From contig CAVUMN010000003.1 of the NCBI GenBank assembly GCA_963742735.1, positions 898,623 through 962,622 on the forward strand: DNA of 64,000 nt. The letters run 5' to 3'. The notes under the pieces are model-generated. The model saw nothing but the letters and a program-made list of their open reading frames with translations, had not been told where the DNA came from and searched no databases. Source of the DNA: an uncultured Actinomycetes bacterium (lineage in GTDB: Bacteria; Actinomycetota; UBA4738; JBBDTT01). The number at the start of each line of letters is the position of its first letter. Within the stretch, counting starts at the first letter, position 1. The translations under genes and the position numbers were made by a program. Positions 1 to 10,266 of the stretch are shown in pieces.

Positions 1-601
1 CGTCGACCAGGAACGCCGTGATGCCGCCCCGCGCGCGCTTCTCGGAGTCGGTGACCGCGAACACCAGCGCGAAGTCCGCGTAGTCGCCGCCGGTGATGAA
101 GTGCTTGCGTCCGTTCAGGATCCAGCTCCCGTTCTTCTTCTCGGCCCGGGTCTGGATGCGCGTGGCGTCGGAGCCGGCCATCGGCTCGGTGAGGGCGAAG
201 CAGGTCGTCTTGTCGGCGCGGACCAGCGGGGCCAGGTACTTCTCCTTCTGCTCGGGCGTGCAGTCCAGGTAGATCGGCGTTGGGCCGGTCACCACGGGCA
301 GGACCGCCTCGTTGCCGGAGATGACTGTCCCGTCGCGATGCAGTTCCCCGTGGAGCATCACCTGACCGAGCAGCGAGAGGCCGCCGCCGCCGACCTCCTC
401 GGGCATGTGCAGCGAGTAGAACCCGAGCTCCGCCGAGCGCTTCCGGAGCTTCATCCGGTCCTCTTTCATGCCCTCGTAGACCGAGGTGTCGAGGATCTCC
501 TCGCGGTGCTCGTCCTCGAGCGGCTTCACCTCGCGCGCGATGAACTGGCGCAGCGTGTCTCGAAGCTCGACGAGCTCCTCGGGAATGTTCACCAGGGCCA
601 C
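1..601 (-). CDS. acyl-CoA dehydrogenase family protein (runs off the window start)
   Basis: Manual translation from GTG at 601, with GGAGG upstream: MALVNIPEELVELRDTLRQF...EEVGGGG...TPEQKEKYL...CFALTEPMAGSDA...WILNGRKHFITGG...ITAFLVD. These are typical ACAD motifs. Confidence 0.9.
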   Translation of the reverse strand, partial: MALVNIPEELVELRDTLRQFIAREVKPLEDEHREEILDTSVYEGMKEDRMKLRKRSAELGFYSLHMPEEVGGGGLSLLGQVMLHGELHRDGTVISGNEAVLPVVTGPTPIYLDCTPEQKEKYLAPLVRADKTTCFALTEPMAGSDATRIQTRAEKKNGSWILNGRKHFITGGDYADFALVFAVTDSEKRARGGITAFLVD

Positions 602-664
602 GGCGGGACCTCCTCTAGTGTCCGAAGGCGGGGCTATAACCTACCACTGGGTAGCCTCGTCCCG

Positions 665-1762
665 TCAGCTCACGACCTGGAGATCCCGGGGGGCGTGGTT
701 GAGCCGCTGGGCGCCGGTCGCCGTCACCGTGACGATGTCCTCGATGCGCACGCCGAACGCGCCCTCCATGTAGATCCCCGGCTCGATCGAGAAGCACATC
801 CCCTCGCGCAGCGGCTCCTGGTTGCCGGTCACGATCCACGGCGGCTCGTGCTCCTCGAGGCCGATCCCGTGCCCGGTTCGATGGATGAACCGGTCCCCGT
901 AGCCGGACATGTGGATCACCTCGCGGGCGGCGAAGTCGACCTCCTCGGCGGGCACACCCGGCTTGATGGCGTTGAACGCCGCCTCCTGCGCCTCGGCGAC
1001 GATCTCGTAGACCTGGCCGAACTCCTTCGACGTCTGTCCGACGGAGACGGTCCTGGTCATGTCGGAGCAGTAGCCCCCCACCCGGCCCCCGAAGTCCATG
1101 ACCACCCCGTCCCCGCCGCGGATCCCCCGCCCCCCGGGCTCGTGATGGGGCGAGGCCCCGTTCGGCCCGGCGGCGACGATCGTGAAGTTGACCCGGTCGT
1201 GGCCGGTCTCCACGAGCAGCGAGCCGAGCCGCTCCGCCAGCTCCTCCTCGCGGTGACCTTCGAAGCGGGTCTCGATCACGCGGTGGAACACCTCGTCGGC
1301 GCCGCGAGCAGCCCGGCGGAGCGTGTCGATCTCGTCCTGGTCCTTGATGGCCCGGAGGCCGGCGATGACCGGCGAGCCCGGCTCGAACACCGTCTCCCCC
1401 ACCTGCGACTGGAGGCGCAGCAGCTGCGAGGCCCACATCCGGTCGGACACGCCGACCCGGCCACCCCCCCGGAGCACCGACGCCAGGCGCTCGAAGGGCT
1501 CCTCGCCGTCCTTCCACGGGACCAGCTCCGCGACCTGGCCGAGGCCCGCCGCCTCGGCGCGGGGCCGCTCCAGCTCGGGGACCAGCATGGCCGGGGCCCG
1601 GTCGGGCCGGAGCACCAGCGCGGTCAGCCGCTCCAGCGGCGGAGGGTCGTAGCCGGTCAGGTAGATCAGGTCGGCCGAGGGGGTCACGACGAGCGCGTCG
1701 AGGCCCGCCCGCGCGAGCTCCCGCGCGGCGCGGTCGATCCGGCTCCCCAGGTTCTGCGCCAC
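665..1762 (-). CDS. M24B Xaa-Pro dipeptidase/aminopeptidase P family protein
   Basis: C-terminal part of ORF 665..2299: DFGG..GYCSDMTRT, HRTGHGIGLEEHEPP, FSIEPGIY, GVRIED. GTG start is 7 nt after TATCCT. Confidence 0.92.
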   Translation of the reverse strand: MAQNLGSRIDRAARELARAGLDALVVTPSADLIYLTGYDPPPLERLTALVLRPDRAPAMLVPELERPRAEAAGLGQVAELVPWKDGEEPFERLASVLRGGGRVGVSDRMWASQLLRLQSQVGETVFEPGSPVIAGLRAIKDQDEIDTLRRAARGADEVFHRVIETRFEGHREEELAERLGSLLVETGHDRVNFTIVAAGPNGASPHHEPGGRGIRGGDGVVMDFGGRVGGYCSDMTRTVSVGQTSKEFGQVYEIVAEAQEAAFNAIKPGVPAEEVDFAAREVIHMSGYGDRFIHRTGHGIGLEEHEPPWIVTGNQEPLREGMCFSIEPGIYMEGAFGVRIEDIVTVTATGAQRLNHAPRDLQVVS

Positions 1763-1776
1763 GCCGCAAAGGATAG

Positions 1777-3306
1777 GTGCCAGAATCCCGCGCCGTGTTC
1801 GAGTTCTCCGCGCGCACCCGTCAGACGGCCCTGGAACGGCTCGCGGACGAGCGTCTTGACGTCCTGGTGGTCGGGGGCGGGGCCACGGGATGCGGGGTGG
1901 CGCTCGACGCGTCCACCCGCGGGCTGTCCACCGGCCTGGTCGAGCGCGAGGACTTCGCCTCGGGAACGAGCGGGCGCTCCAGCCGCCTGATCCACGGCGG
2001 GCTGCGGTACCTGCAGCACGGCGACCTCCGCGTCGTCTACGAGTCCCTGTTCGAGCGCGAGGTCCTCCGCAAGCTGGCCCCGAACCTGGTCCGGCCGCTG
2101 GCCAACTTCGTGCCCGCGGTGAAGCCTCAGCACCGGATCCCGCTGCGGACAGGCCTGCTGATCTACGAGACCATGGCGTGGGGCCGCAACATCCGCCGCC
2201 ATCGGGTGGTCGACGCGCGGGAGGGCGCACGCCTGGCCCCCGGTCTGGCACGGCCGAGCGGCGGGATCGTCTACTACGACTGCCGTACGGACGACGCACG
2301 CCTGACCCTGGAGAACGCCCGGGCGGCCGCCCGGGCGGGGGCGCTCGTCGCCAACCATGCCGCCGTCGAGGCCATCGAACGCTGGACGCCCGGGTTTCGG
2401 GTCACCCTGCGCGACACGACCTCGGGGGCGAGCGTCCGGGTCTTCGCGAAGCTCGTGGTGAACGCGGGCGGGGTGTGGGCGGGACGGGTCCAGGCCCTGG
2501 CCGACTCGACGCCGGCGCGCCTGCAGCCCAGCAAGGGCGTGCACCTGGTGTTCCGGGCGGAGGACCTCCCCATCAACGCGTGCGTGGCCGCGCGCTCGGG
2601 CGCCCACGACGGGCGGTTCGTGTTCCTGGTGCCGTGGGGTCCCCGCGTCTACGCCGGGACCACGGACACGCCCTACGCCGGCGAGCTGGACGATCCCGCC
2701 GTCGACGAGGACGACGCCGAGTACCTCCTGCGCGGCATCAACCGGGCGTTCGGGACCTCGCTGACGACCGAGGACACCACGGCCTCGTGGGCCGGGCTGC
2801 GCCCCCTGCTCGAGAACGCGAAGTCCGCGGCCACCCGGGACATCTCGCGGCGCCACGTGATCCTGGAGGATCCGCCCGGGCTCCTCACGATCACCGGGGG
2901 GAAGCTCACCACCTACCGGAAGATGGCGGAGGACGTGACCGACAGTCTGTGCCGACGCCTCGACGTCCGCGTCCGCTCGCGGACCCGGACGGTCCCGCTC
3001 GGCCTCTCCCGGCCGTTCCTGGCCGAGATGGGGCGGGCCGCCTCCGAGGCCGAGCGGTTCGGCCTGTCCCCCGACGCCGGCCGGCGCATGGTGGAGCGGT
3101 TCGGCGACGACTGGGACGAGGCCCTGGGGCGGATCCGAAACGACCCCGCGCTCGGGGAGCCGCTGGTCGAGGGGCTGCCGGTCCTGCGGGTCGAGGCGGA
3201 CCTGGCGCGCGACCGCGAGATGGCGCTCACCGACGACGACGTGCTGATCCGGCGGACCCGGCTGACGACGATGGACGCGAAGGCGGCCGCGGCCGTGAAG
3301 CTCTGA
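1777..3306 (+). CDS. glpD: FAD-dependent glycerol-3-phosphate dehydrogenase/oxidase
   Basis: GGGATGCGVALDA, DFASGTSGRSSRLIHGGLRYL, DDARL, PSKGVHL, GGKLTTYRKMAE. The true start may be GTG at 1795. Confidence 0.92.
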   Translation: MPESRAVFEFSARTRQTALERLADERLDVLVVGGGATGCGVALDASTRGLSTGLVEREDFASGTSGRSSRLIHGGLRYLQHGDLRVVYESLFEREVLRKLAPNLVRPLANFVPAVKPQHRIPLRTGLLIYETMAWGRNIRRHRVVDAREGARLAPGLARPSGGIVYYDCRTDDARLTLENARAAARAGALVANHAAVEAIERWTPGFRVTLRDTTSGASVRVFAKLVVNAGGVWAGRVQALADSTPARLQPSKGVHLVFRAEDLPINACVAARSGAHDGRFVFLVPWGPRVYAGTTDTPYAGELDDPAVDEDDAEYLLRGINRAFGTSLTTEDTTASWAGLRPLLENAKSAATRDISRRHVILEDPPGLLTITGGKLTTYRKMAEDVTDSLCRRLDVRVRSRTRTVPLGLSRPFLAEMGRAASEAERFGLSPDAGRRMVERFGDDWDEALGRIRNDPALGEPLVEGLPVLRVEADLARDREMALTDDDVLIRRTRLTTMDAKAAAAVKL

Positions 3307-3310
3307 GCCG

Positions 3311-5125
3311 CTAGGCCTGCGGGAGCCAGGCCGGCGCGCGGATCACCAGCTCGACGTTGCGGTCCTTCCGCTCGCCGTAGCCCGTGGCGAAGCCCAGGTG
3401 TGGGTCGTTCGCCGCCAGCTCACGATGAATCGAGGCGAGGCGGGCGATGCCCCGCGCGCCGCGGGGATCGGCCGGCGCGTCGTGGTCGACCATCGTGCAC
3501 CAGATGGACAGGGTCCGGTCGACGGCGTTGTGGCAGACCTCCACCACCCGGGTCTGGATCACCCAGTCGCACTGCGACGCGGTCGTGACGTCCCAGAACC
3601 CGTTGGTCCGTCCGGCCGGATCCGGCTGCGCCTCGATGAAGTTGTCGTGCGTGTGGCCGCTGAACCAGGCGACGAGGTTCGGGAACCGGTGCACGAGCGC
3701 CTCGATCTCGTCGGCCATCACGCGGGGCAGGTCGTTGTCGGCGGGGTCGAAGGGGTTGGGGGCGATGACGGGGTTGTCCAGAGTACGGAGGGCGTGGTGG
3801 CCGAACATCAGCACGATGCGGTCCCGGTGGTCGGTGTGGACCTGCTCGCCGGCCGCGTCGTAGTACGTGGAGTGCGCCGCGATCAGCTGCTGCTCGAGCC
3901 AGTCGAACTGTGCCCGGCCCACGCTGCCCGAGTTGAAGCCGCCCGGGTTCACGGTGTCCAGGCAGATCATCCGGATCGGCGGCGTGCCGGGGCGGTCGAT
4001 CACGTAGTAGCCCTGGCCCGTCTCGCGGTTCGCCTGCGTGAAGCCGTGACCGCGTGGCGCGCCCGAGGTCGTGAAGAACTCCTCGATGTACTGGCGGCGG
4101 GTCACGACCTGGCGCCCGGGGTCGGCGGTGACCGGCACGGCCGGCCCGGTGAACAACGCGGCGGGGTTGGACAGCAGGGTTTCGAACCCGTCGCACGGGG
4201 TCAGCCCCGGCGGCCCCCCGGTGGCCTTGAGGGATCCCAGGGCGATGGCCTCGAAGGCGGGGTTCTCCGCGACGTTGCCCTGCATGAGCGAGTCGTGGTT
4301 CCCCAGCACCTGGTACCAGGGGGTGCCGACACCGGTCGCTCGGAACGGCTTGATCGCCTCCTCGAGCAAACCGGGATAGTCGGGGAACCCGAACCGCTGC
4401 TTGTAGGTGTCGGCGGCGGGATCCGGGTGCCAGTAGCTGGGGTCCGGCGTTCCCGTCGGCAGCAGCCAGTTGACCGACTGGACGCCCTCCCACTCGGGCC
4501 CGCCGCTGTTCGGGGTGATCCGCTTCCCACCGTCCATGAGGTCGATGAACCACCGCAGCTCGTTGCGCTGGGCGTTGTCCGCGTTGTCCCCCGTGAACAT
4601 CGTGAACGCCACGCGACCGCCGGCGACGGGCCCCCGGCGAATCCGCTTCAGGGTCCGGTTCATCTGCTCGATCTCGTTGGCGTTCAGGGATTCCTGCGGG
4701 CGGAACGAGGCCTCGAACGGCGTGGCGTTGCACAGGTCGCCGTCCACCCGGTCGAGGAACTCCACGCGGGCGGGCGACTGGGCATCGGCGAGCTGGTTGT
4801 CGCACGCGTGGATGAAGGTGACCAGCGGCCGCCCGGCGCCGGGGCTCCGGCGCCTGCCGAGCTCCGTCCGCCGCAGGTGCTTCTCGCCGGGGCCGTACGT
4901 CAGGCGGAAGTAGGTCCCGGCCGTCCCCTCGCCGAGCCGGGCGCCACGGACGATCGTGCGGGCCATCGTGGTCGCGCGGCGGATCGACTGGAGCTGGGTC
5001 GGTCCGGAGCCGAGGGCCGGTCCGTTGGCGAAGGCCGCGTCCGCGCGGAGCCAGGGCGCCGCGGCCGCGCCGGCCACGGCCAGCCCGCCCATCCGCAGGA
5101 GATCGCGCCGCGTGAGCTCAGCCAT
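3311..5125 (-). CDS. Tat-exported metallophosphoesterase (TIGR03767-like)
   Basis: Twin-arginine signal TRRDLL; DxQ.AD.QSPARVEFL, TGDN.DN.Q.NE, GNHD, GHH and SGHTH motifs; ending DRNVEL. Confidence 0.85.
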   Translation of the reverse strand: MAELTRRDLLRMGGLAVAGAAAAPWLRADAAFANGPALGSGPTQLQSIRRATTMARTIVRGARLGEGTAGTYFRLTYGPGEKHLRRTELGRRRSPGAGRPLVTFIHACDNQLADAQSPARVEFLDRVDGDLCNATPFEASFRPQESLNANEIEQMNRTLKRIRRGPVAGGRVAFTMFTGDNADNAQRNELRWFIDLMDGGKRITPNSGGPEWEGVQSVNWLLPTGTPDPSYWHPDPAADTYKQRFGFPDYPGLLEEAIKPFRATGVGTPWYQVLGNHDSLMQGNVAENPAFEAIALGSLKATGGPPGLTPCDGFETLLSNPAALFTGPAVPVTADPGRQVVTRRQYIEEFFTTSGAPRGHGFTQANRETGQGYYVIDRPGTPPIRMICLDTVNPGGFNSGSVGRAQFDWLEQQLIAAHSTYYDAAGEQVHTDHRDRIVLMFGHHALRTLDNPVIAPNPFDPADNDLPRVMADEIEALVHRFPNLVAWFSGHTHDNFIEAQPDPAGRTNGFWDVTTASQCDWVIQTRVVEVCHNAVDRTLSIWCTMVDHDAPADPRGARGIARLASIHRELAANDPHLGFATGYGERKDRNVELVIRAPAWLPQA

Positions 5126-5197
5126 GTGAACGGGATTCGACCACGAGGCGACTCCGCCCTGCGAGGCCCCGGCCGGTTCGTCCCGGTTCGGGAGGTA

Positions 5198-6121
5198 TCA
5201 GATCTTCAGCCGGACCGTCTTGGGGAGGACCTCGAACAGCGCGGGCGTCGTGCCGAGCACCTCGCCGTCCGCCTCGATCTGCAGCGGCCGGTCGGCGTCC
5301 ACCTCGATCCGCGAGGCCAGGAACTCCCGGATGTTCGGGCTGGGAAGGTGTTCGCCCTTGTAGAGCTTGGGCAGCGTCGTGAACGAATCGGACTTCGGGC
5401 CGGTGCTGACCTGGACGTCGAGCCGGCCGTCGTCGGGCATCGACCGCGGCGAGATCTTCATTCCGCCCCCGAAGAACTGGCCGTTGGCGATCACCACGTT
5501 GTTGCCGCGCCCGTTCCAGTCGCGGCGGTCGGCGCGCAGGCGGATCTCGGTCGCCTTGAACTTCCGGAGGGCCAGCCAGAACCCCCAGAAGTAGCGGGAC
5601 CGGCCCAGCCATCGCGGGAGGCGTTCGGCGCGCGCCACCGAGTCCCCGCCCAGGCCGGCCTCGGCGATGTTGGGGAACAGCCGGGTCTGGTCCGTCCCGT
5701 CCGGGTCCCGGTACGTCACCTTGCCGACGTCGATCGGGAACAGGTCCTCCCCGGTGAGGTGCCGGATCGCCCGCGTCACGTCCTGGGGAAGCCCGAACGT
5801 CTTCACGAAGTCGCACCCCGAGCCGGCCGGGACGATGCCGAGCACGGCGTCCTCGGCGATGGGGCGGTCCCCGTCGAACATGCCGTTGACGACCTCGTGG
5901 ACCGTGCCGTCGCCGCCGACCGCGACGATGAACCGGTCGCCCCGCTCCAGCGACTCGCGGGTGAATCGGACGGCGTCACCCGGGCCCTCGGTCCGGCGGA
6001 TGCGGAATTCCAGCCGGTTGGCCAGGAGCGTGCGCTCGATCTCGGGCAGCTCCTGGGCGACCCGTCCCCGCCCGGCCCGGGGGTTCATGATCAGCGTGAG
6101 CGGCCCGAACGGGCTGGTCAC
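5198..6121 (-). CDS. diacylglycerol/lipid kinase family protein
   Basis: C-terminal part of a spurious long ORF: NPRAGRG, GGDGTVHEVVNG, PAGSGCDF, ANGQFFGGGM, EADGE. The start overlaps the upstream stop (GTGA). Confidence 0.9.
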   Translation of the reverse strand: MTSPFGPLTLIMNPRAGRGRVAQELPEIERTLLANRLEFRIRRTEGPGDAVRFTRESLERGDRFIVAVGGDGTVHEVVNGMFDGDRPIAEDAVLGIVPAGSGCDFVKTFGLPQDVTRAIRHLTGEDLFPIDVGKVTYRDPDGTDQTRLFPNIAEAGLGGDSVARAERLPRWLGRSRYFWGFWLALRKFKATEIRLRADRRDWNGRGNNVVIANGQFFGGGMKISPRSMPDDGRLDVQVSTGPKSDSFTTLPKLYKGEHLPSPNIREFLASRIEVDADRPLQIEADGEVLGTTPALFEVLPKTVRLKI

Positions 6122-7527
6122 GGCAGCAGCCTCCCCGGGTTGAGGATCCCCTCGGGGTCGAGCGCCGCCTTGATCCGCCGGAGCACCCCCACCGTCTCCG
6201 TCCCCAGCTCGGCCTCCATGTACGGCGCCTTGAGCTGCCCGACACCGTGGTGGTGCGTCATGGTCCCGCCGGCCACGTGGCAGGCCTCGACGGCGCCCTT
6301 CCAGGCGCGCAGGTAGCGGTCCTCGACCGCGATGTCGCCCGTGTCGCGGACCAGGAACGTGAAGTAGAGCGACGCGCCCGAGCGGTACGGGTGGGAGATA
6401 TGACAGCCCACGGCTTGGGACTCGGCGGCCAGAGCATCGGTCACCGCCCGGTACAACCCGGCGAGGTCGGCCCAGAAGCCGGCGACCTCCATCGTGTCGA
6501 CGACCACGCCGTCGCCGAGGATCCGCTCGGGCCCCATGACCTTGCGGAAGGTCTCCACGGCGTCGTTGCGGTGCTCCCACCAGTGCTGCCCGTACCCCGA
6601 GCCCAGATCGGTCGCCCCGGCGCCGTACGCGGCGCGCCGGGCCCACGCCCGCCGCTCCCCCACGCCGGGAGCGTCGGCGTCGAAGCCCACGATGAGCACC
6701 GGGCCTCCGGGGTGGCCCAGGTGGCCGAACGCGAGGGCCGCGTCGGACTCGTCGTACAGGCGCACGACCGTCGCCCCCGCGTCGCGCTGGACGAGCTGGC
6801 GGATCACGTCGGCCCCCATCTCGAACGACGTCGGCCGGTAGGCGTCCCACTCGGTGCCGGCCGGTAGGCGGGCGACGGACAACACGGCCTCGGTGATCAC
6901 GCCGTACGTCCCCTCCGAGCCGATGAACAGCCGCTGCAGCGCGGGGCCGGCGGCCGAGCGGGGCCGGGCCGGTACGTGGACGACCGTCCCGTCGGCGAGG
7001 ACGACCGTCAGGCCGAGCAGGAGGTCCTCGATGGCGCCGTGGCCGGCGCTCGCCTGCCCCGCCGAGGACGCCGCGACCCACCCCCCTACGGTGGAGATCG
7101 CCAGCGACTGCGGGTAGTGCCCCAGGGTGAGCCCCTGGGCGTTCAGGGACTGCTCGAGCCGGTCGCCTCGGATGCCCGCCTGGACCGAGGCGGTCATCGA
7201 CGTCGCGTCGACGGCCAGGATCCCCGCCATCCGGGTGAGGTCGAGGACGATGCCCCGCCTTATGGCCTCCGCCCCGCCCACCACGCCCGAGCCCGCGCCT
7301 CGGGGAACGACCGGCGTCGACGTCTCGCTCGCCCACCGCAGGGTCGTCGCGACGTCCTCGGTGCTCGACGGGAACACCACGCCGGCGGGCCGAACGGGCG
7401 GGTCGCCCCGGACCTCCTTCAGCAGCGACAGCGACCACAGGTCGCGGGAACGGGACATCAGCTCGCCCGGATGGGTCGAGACGGCTCCGGGCGGCAGGCG
7501 TTCGGCGAGATCGTCGATCGCGCTCAC
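6118..7527 (-). CDS. FAD-binding oxidoreductase, alkyl-dihydroxyacetonephosphate synthase-like
   Basis: PRGAGSGVVGG, TLGHYPQS..STVGGW, PRSAAGP..LFIGSEGT.GVITE, CHISH.Y..GASLYFTF, THHHGVG, K.ALDP.GILNPG. Confidence 0.85.
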   Translation of the reverse strand: MSAIDDLAERLPPGAVSTHPGELMSRSRDLWSLSLLKEVRGDPPVRPAGVVFPSSTEDVATTLRWASETSTPVVPRGAGSGVVGGAEAIRRGIVLDLTRMAGILAVDATSMTASVQAGIRGDRLEQSLNAQGLTLGHYPQSLAISTVGGWVAASSAGQASAGHGAIEDLLLGLTVVLADGTVVHVPARPRSAAGPALQRLFIGSEGTYGVITEAVLSVARLPAGTEWDAYRPTSFEMGADVIRQLVQRDAGATVVRLYDESDAALAFGHLGHPGGPVLIVGFDADAPGVGERRAWARRAAYGAGATDLGSGYGQHWWEHRNDAVETFRKVMGPERILGDGVVVDTMEVAGFWADLAGLYRAVTDALAAESQAVGCHISHPYRSGASLYFTFLVRDTGDIAVEDRYLRAWKGAVEACHVAGGTMTHHHGVGQLKAPYMEAELGTETVGVLRRIKAALDPEGILNPGRLLP

Positions 7528-7551
7528 GGCCGGGCGAGTGTATGCGGCCCG

Positions 7552-10173
7552 CTACACGCCCGTGTACGCGACGACGCCGCGGTTCACCCCGTCGTGGGCG
7601 GCCCGGGCGATCCCGGCCACTCCCGGCGGCGCCACCGACTCGACCTGGCGCAGGAGGTCGAGCAGCTGCTTGCACGTACGCACGAAGTCGCCGGGGGCCA
7701 TCTCGGTCTGTCCCAGGACGGTCTCGAGGTCCTTGCCCTCGGCCCACAGAAACGCCAGCTGGGCGAACCCCGGGTCGAGCTCGCGGACCAGCTCCACCTG
7801 GTGCTTCTCCTCGGTGCGGCGGACGCCGAGCCACAGGTCGCGCATGAGCCGGAACCGCTCGCGCACCCGTTGGGTGGGCCACTCCGGCTGCCGGGGCCCC
7901 CGCTCCCGCGACTCGTAGACGAGTCCCGACACGAGCCCCGCCAGCTCCGAGCCCGACAGCTCGTCGAACAACCCCGCGTCGAGGGCCTCCCCCACCAGCA
8001 GGTCGCCCTCGCCGTAGATCCGGCACAGGCGCTCGCCCTTGGGCTCGAGCTCGAACCCTGTGACGTAGTTCAGGTCGCGCAGGACCCCCAGGACGCGATC
8101 GAGCTGGCGGGCGAGCGTCTCGGTGCGTCCGCGGATGCGCCGCTCGAGGGTCTCGACCTGCCGGCGAAGCTTCGACCATCGCTCGGCCCACCGCTCGTGC
8201 TGCGCCCGGTCCGGACACGCGTGACAGGGGTGCTCGCGGGCCTTGCGGTCGAGGGCCTCGGCCCTGGCTAGGGCCTTCGGGTCCGGGCGCGCCGCCCGCG
8301 CCTTGGGCCGCTTGACGTCGAGCATGACGAGCTTCGCCGCCAGGTCGCGGCGGTACCTGGCGCTCCGCGCGCTCCCGGACGACGGCAGCTTGATGCGGGT
8401 GACGGGCGCGGGCGGGGCCTCGAAGTCCTTCGGCGCCGCGCGGAAGGCGCGGCGGTCCTGGGTGAGCACCGTCGGGCGTCCGTCGCGGCTCGAGAGCACG
8501 ACCGCGAGGCCCGCTCGCCGCGCCCCCGGGACGAAGAGCACGTCCCCCGGCTTCAGGGACGCCAGGGCCTCCCGAACGGCGTCCGTGCGGTTGCGCTCGG
8601 CGCCGCTGCGGGCCTCCTGGCGCAGTCGCGCGGCCTTCTCGCGCATCGTCCAGTACTCGACGAAGTCCCCTCGATCGCACTCCAGGTTCTTCGCGTAGCC
8701 CTCCAGCCCCGACCGGCTCCGCTCGAGCTGGCGCTCCGAGGACACGACGCTGCGGTCCACCAGGAACTGCGCGAACGAGGAGTTCAGCAGGTGGTGGGCC
8801 TCGTCCGGCGAGTAGTTGCGCACCAGGTTCACGGCCATGTTGTACGAGGGCCGGAACGAGGACGTGAGCTCGTAGGTCCGCTTCGTCGCCAGCGAGGCGA
8901 CCTGTTCGAAGTTCACCTGCCGCTGGTACAGCACGACGGCGTAGCCGTGCTCGTCGATGCCGCGGCGTCCCGCGCGGCCCGTGAGTTGGGTGTACAGCCC
9001 GGCGGTGAGGATCTCGTGCCGCTCGCCGGTGAACTTCCACAGGTCCTCGATGACCACCGTCCGGGCCGGCATGTTGATCCCCAGCGAGAGGGTCTCGGTG
9101 GCGAAGACGATCTTCACGAAGCCTCCGGCGAAGAGCTCCTCGACGGTCTCCTTGAAGAGCGGGAGCATGCCCGCGTGGTGCGAGGCGATGCCGGCGGCCA
9201 GCGCCTCGCGGAACTCGTAGAAGCCGAGCGCCTCAAGGTCCTCCTCGGGGATCGTCGCCGCCCGCATGTCGGCGAACTCGCGGACGCGGGCCTCCTCCGC
9301 CGCGTTGGTGAGCCGGATGCCGGACTCCATCAGCCACTGGACGCTCTTGCTGCACCCCGCGCGGCTGAACACGAAGTAGATCGCGGGGAGCATGGTCCGC
9401 TGGGACAGAATCTCGACGACGTCCTCCCGCCGCGGCGCTCGGACCTTGCTGCGCCGCGTGTATCGCCCCCGGGCCAGGTCGCGTTCGCGACGATGCTCCT
9501 CCCGCTCCATCGAGATGATGCGCGGGTTCGGCAGGAGCTCGTCATTGCGCTCGACATGGATCGGCAAGAGGTCGTTGCCGACCAGGTAGAGGTGCTCGAG
9601 CGGGACGGGCCGCCGCTCCTCGATGACCACCCGCGTGGTCCCCCGCAGCGTCCCGATCCACTCGCCGAACTCCTCGGCGTTCGACACGGTCGCCGACAGG
9701 CACACCACCGCGACCGAGAGCGGCAGGTGGATCAGGACCTCCTCCCACACCGCGCCGCGATACGGGTCCTGCAGGTAGTGCACCTCGTCCAGGACCACGT
9801 ACTGCAGGCCGTTCAGCGTGGGGCTCTGCTCGTAGAGCATGTTCCGCAGGACCTCGGTGGTCATGACGACGATCGAGGCCTCGGAGTTGATCGAGTTGTC
9901 GCCGGTCAGCAGCCCGACCTTCGAGGCGCCGTACGTCGCGACGAAGTCACCGAACTTCTGGTTCGAGAGGGCCTTCAGGGGCGTCGTGTAGAAGGCCTTC
10001 CGCCTGCCCTCGACCGCGCGCTCGACCGCGTACTCGGCGACGACGGTCTTGCCCGAGCCGGTCGGCGCGGCGACCAGCACCGACTCGCCCAGCGCCAGCC
10101 CCTCGATGGCGCGCTGCTGGAACTCGTCCAGCGGGAACGGATAGTTCGCCGCGAAGCGCTCGATGCTCTCCAC
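7552..10173 (-). CDS. helY: Ski2-like DEAD/DEAH RNA helicase HelY
   Basis: APTGSGKT, TTPLKALSNQK, DEVH, LSAT, HHAGM, ATETLSLGINMPA, GRAGRRG, C-terminal GDFVR. GTG start is 6 nt after TAGGGT. Confidence 0.93.
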   Translation of the reverse strand: MESIERFAANYPFPLDEFQQRAIEGLALGESVLVAAPTGSGKTVVAEYAVERAVEGRRKAFYTTPLKALSNQKFGDFVATYGASKVGLLTGDNSINSEASIVVMTTEVLRNMLYEQSPTLNGLQYVVLDEVHYLQDPYRGAVWEEVLIHLPLSVAVVCLSATVSNAEEFGEWIGTLRGTTRVVIEERRPVPLEHLYLVGNDLLPIHVERNDELLPNPRIISMEREEHRRERDLARGRYTRRSKVRAPRREDVVEILSQRTMLPAIYFVFSRAGCSKSVQWLMESGIRLTNAAEEARVREFADMRAATIPEEDLEALGFYEFREALAAGIASHHAGMLPLFKETVEELFAGGFVKIVFATETLSLGINMPARTVVIEDLWKFTGERHEILTAGLYTQLTGRAGRRGIDEHGYAVVLYQRQVNFEQVASLATKRTYELTSSFRPSYNMAVNLVRNYSPDEAHHLLNSSFAQFLVDRSVVSSERQLERSRSGLEGYAKNLECDRGDFVEYWTMREKAARLRQEARSGAERNRTDAVREALASLKPGDVLFVPGARRAGLAVVLSSRDGRPTVLTQDRRAFRAAPKDFEAPPAPVTRIKLPSSGSARSARYRRDLAAKLVMLDVKRPKARAARPDPKALARAEALDRKAREHPCHACPDRAQHERWAERWSKLRRQVETLERRIRGRTETLARQLDRVLGVLRDLNYVTGFELEPKGERLCRIYGEGDLLVGEALDAGLFDELSGSELAGLVSGLVYESRERGPRQPEWPTQRVRERFRLMRDLWLGVRRTEEKHQVELVRELDPGFAQLAFLWAEGKDLETVLGQTEMAPGDFVRTCKQLLDLLRQVESVAPPGVAGIARAAHDGVNRGVVAYTGV

Positions 10174-10266
10174 GGCCAAACCCTACCGGTGGCTTCCTCC
10201 TGTTGGACCGTCTCGGGCGTCTGCGGCTGCTGAGGTCGGGCCCCGCTCCGCGCTGAACAGCCGGAG

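Noticed and set aside
5198-9040. 1280-aa ORF and other very long ORFs (16528..19674, 3398..6316, 27240..30110)
   Set aside because: These are shadow or off-frame ORFs typical of high-GC DNA. They overlap well-supported genes, and only short segments are real.
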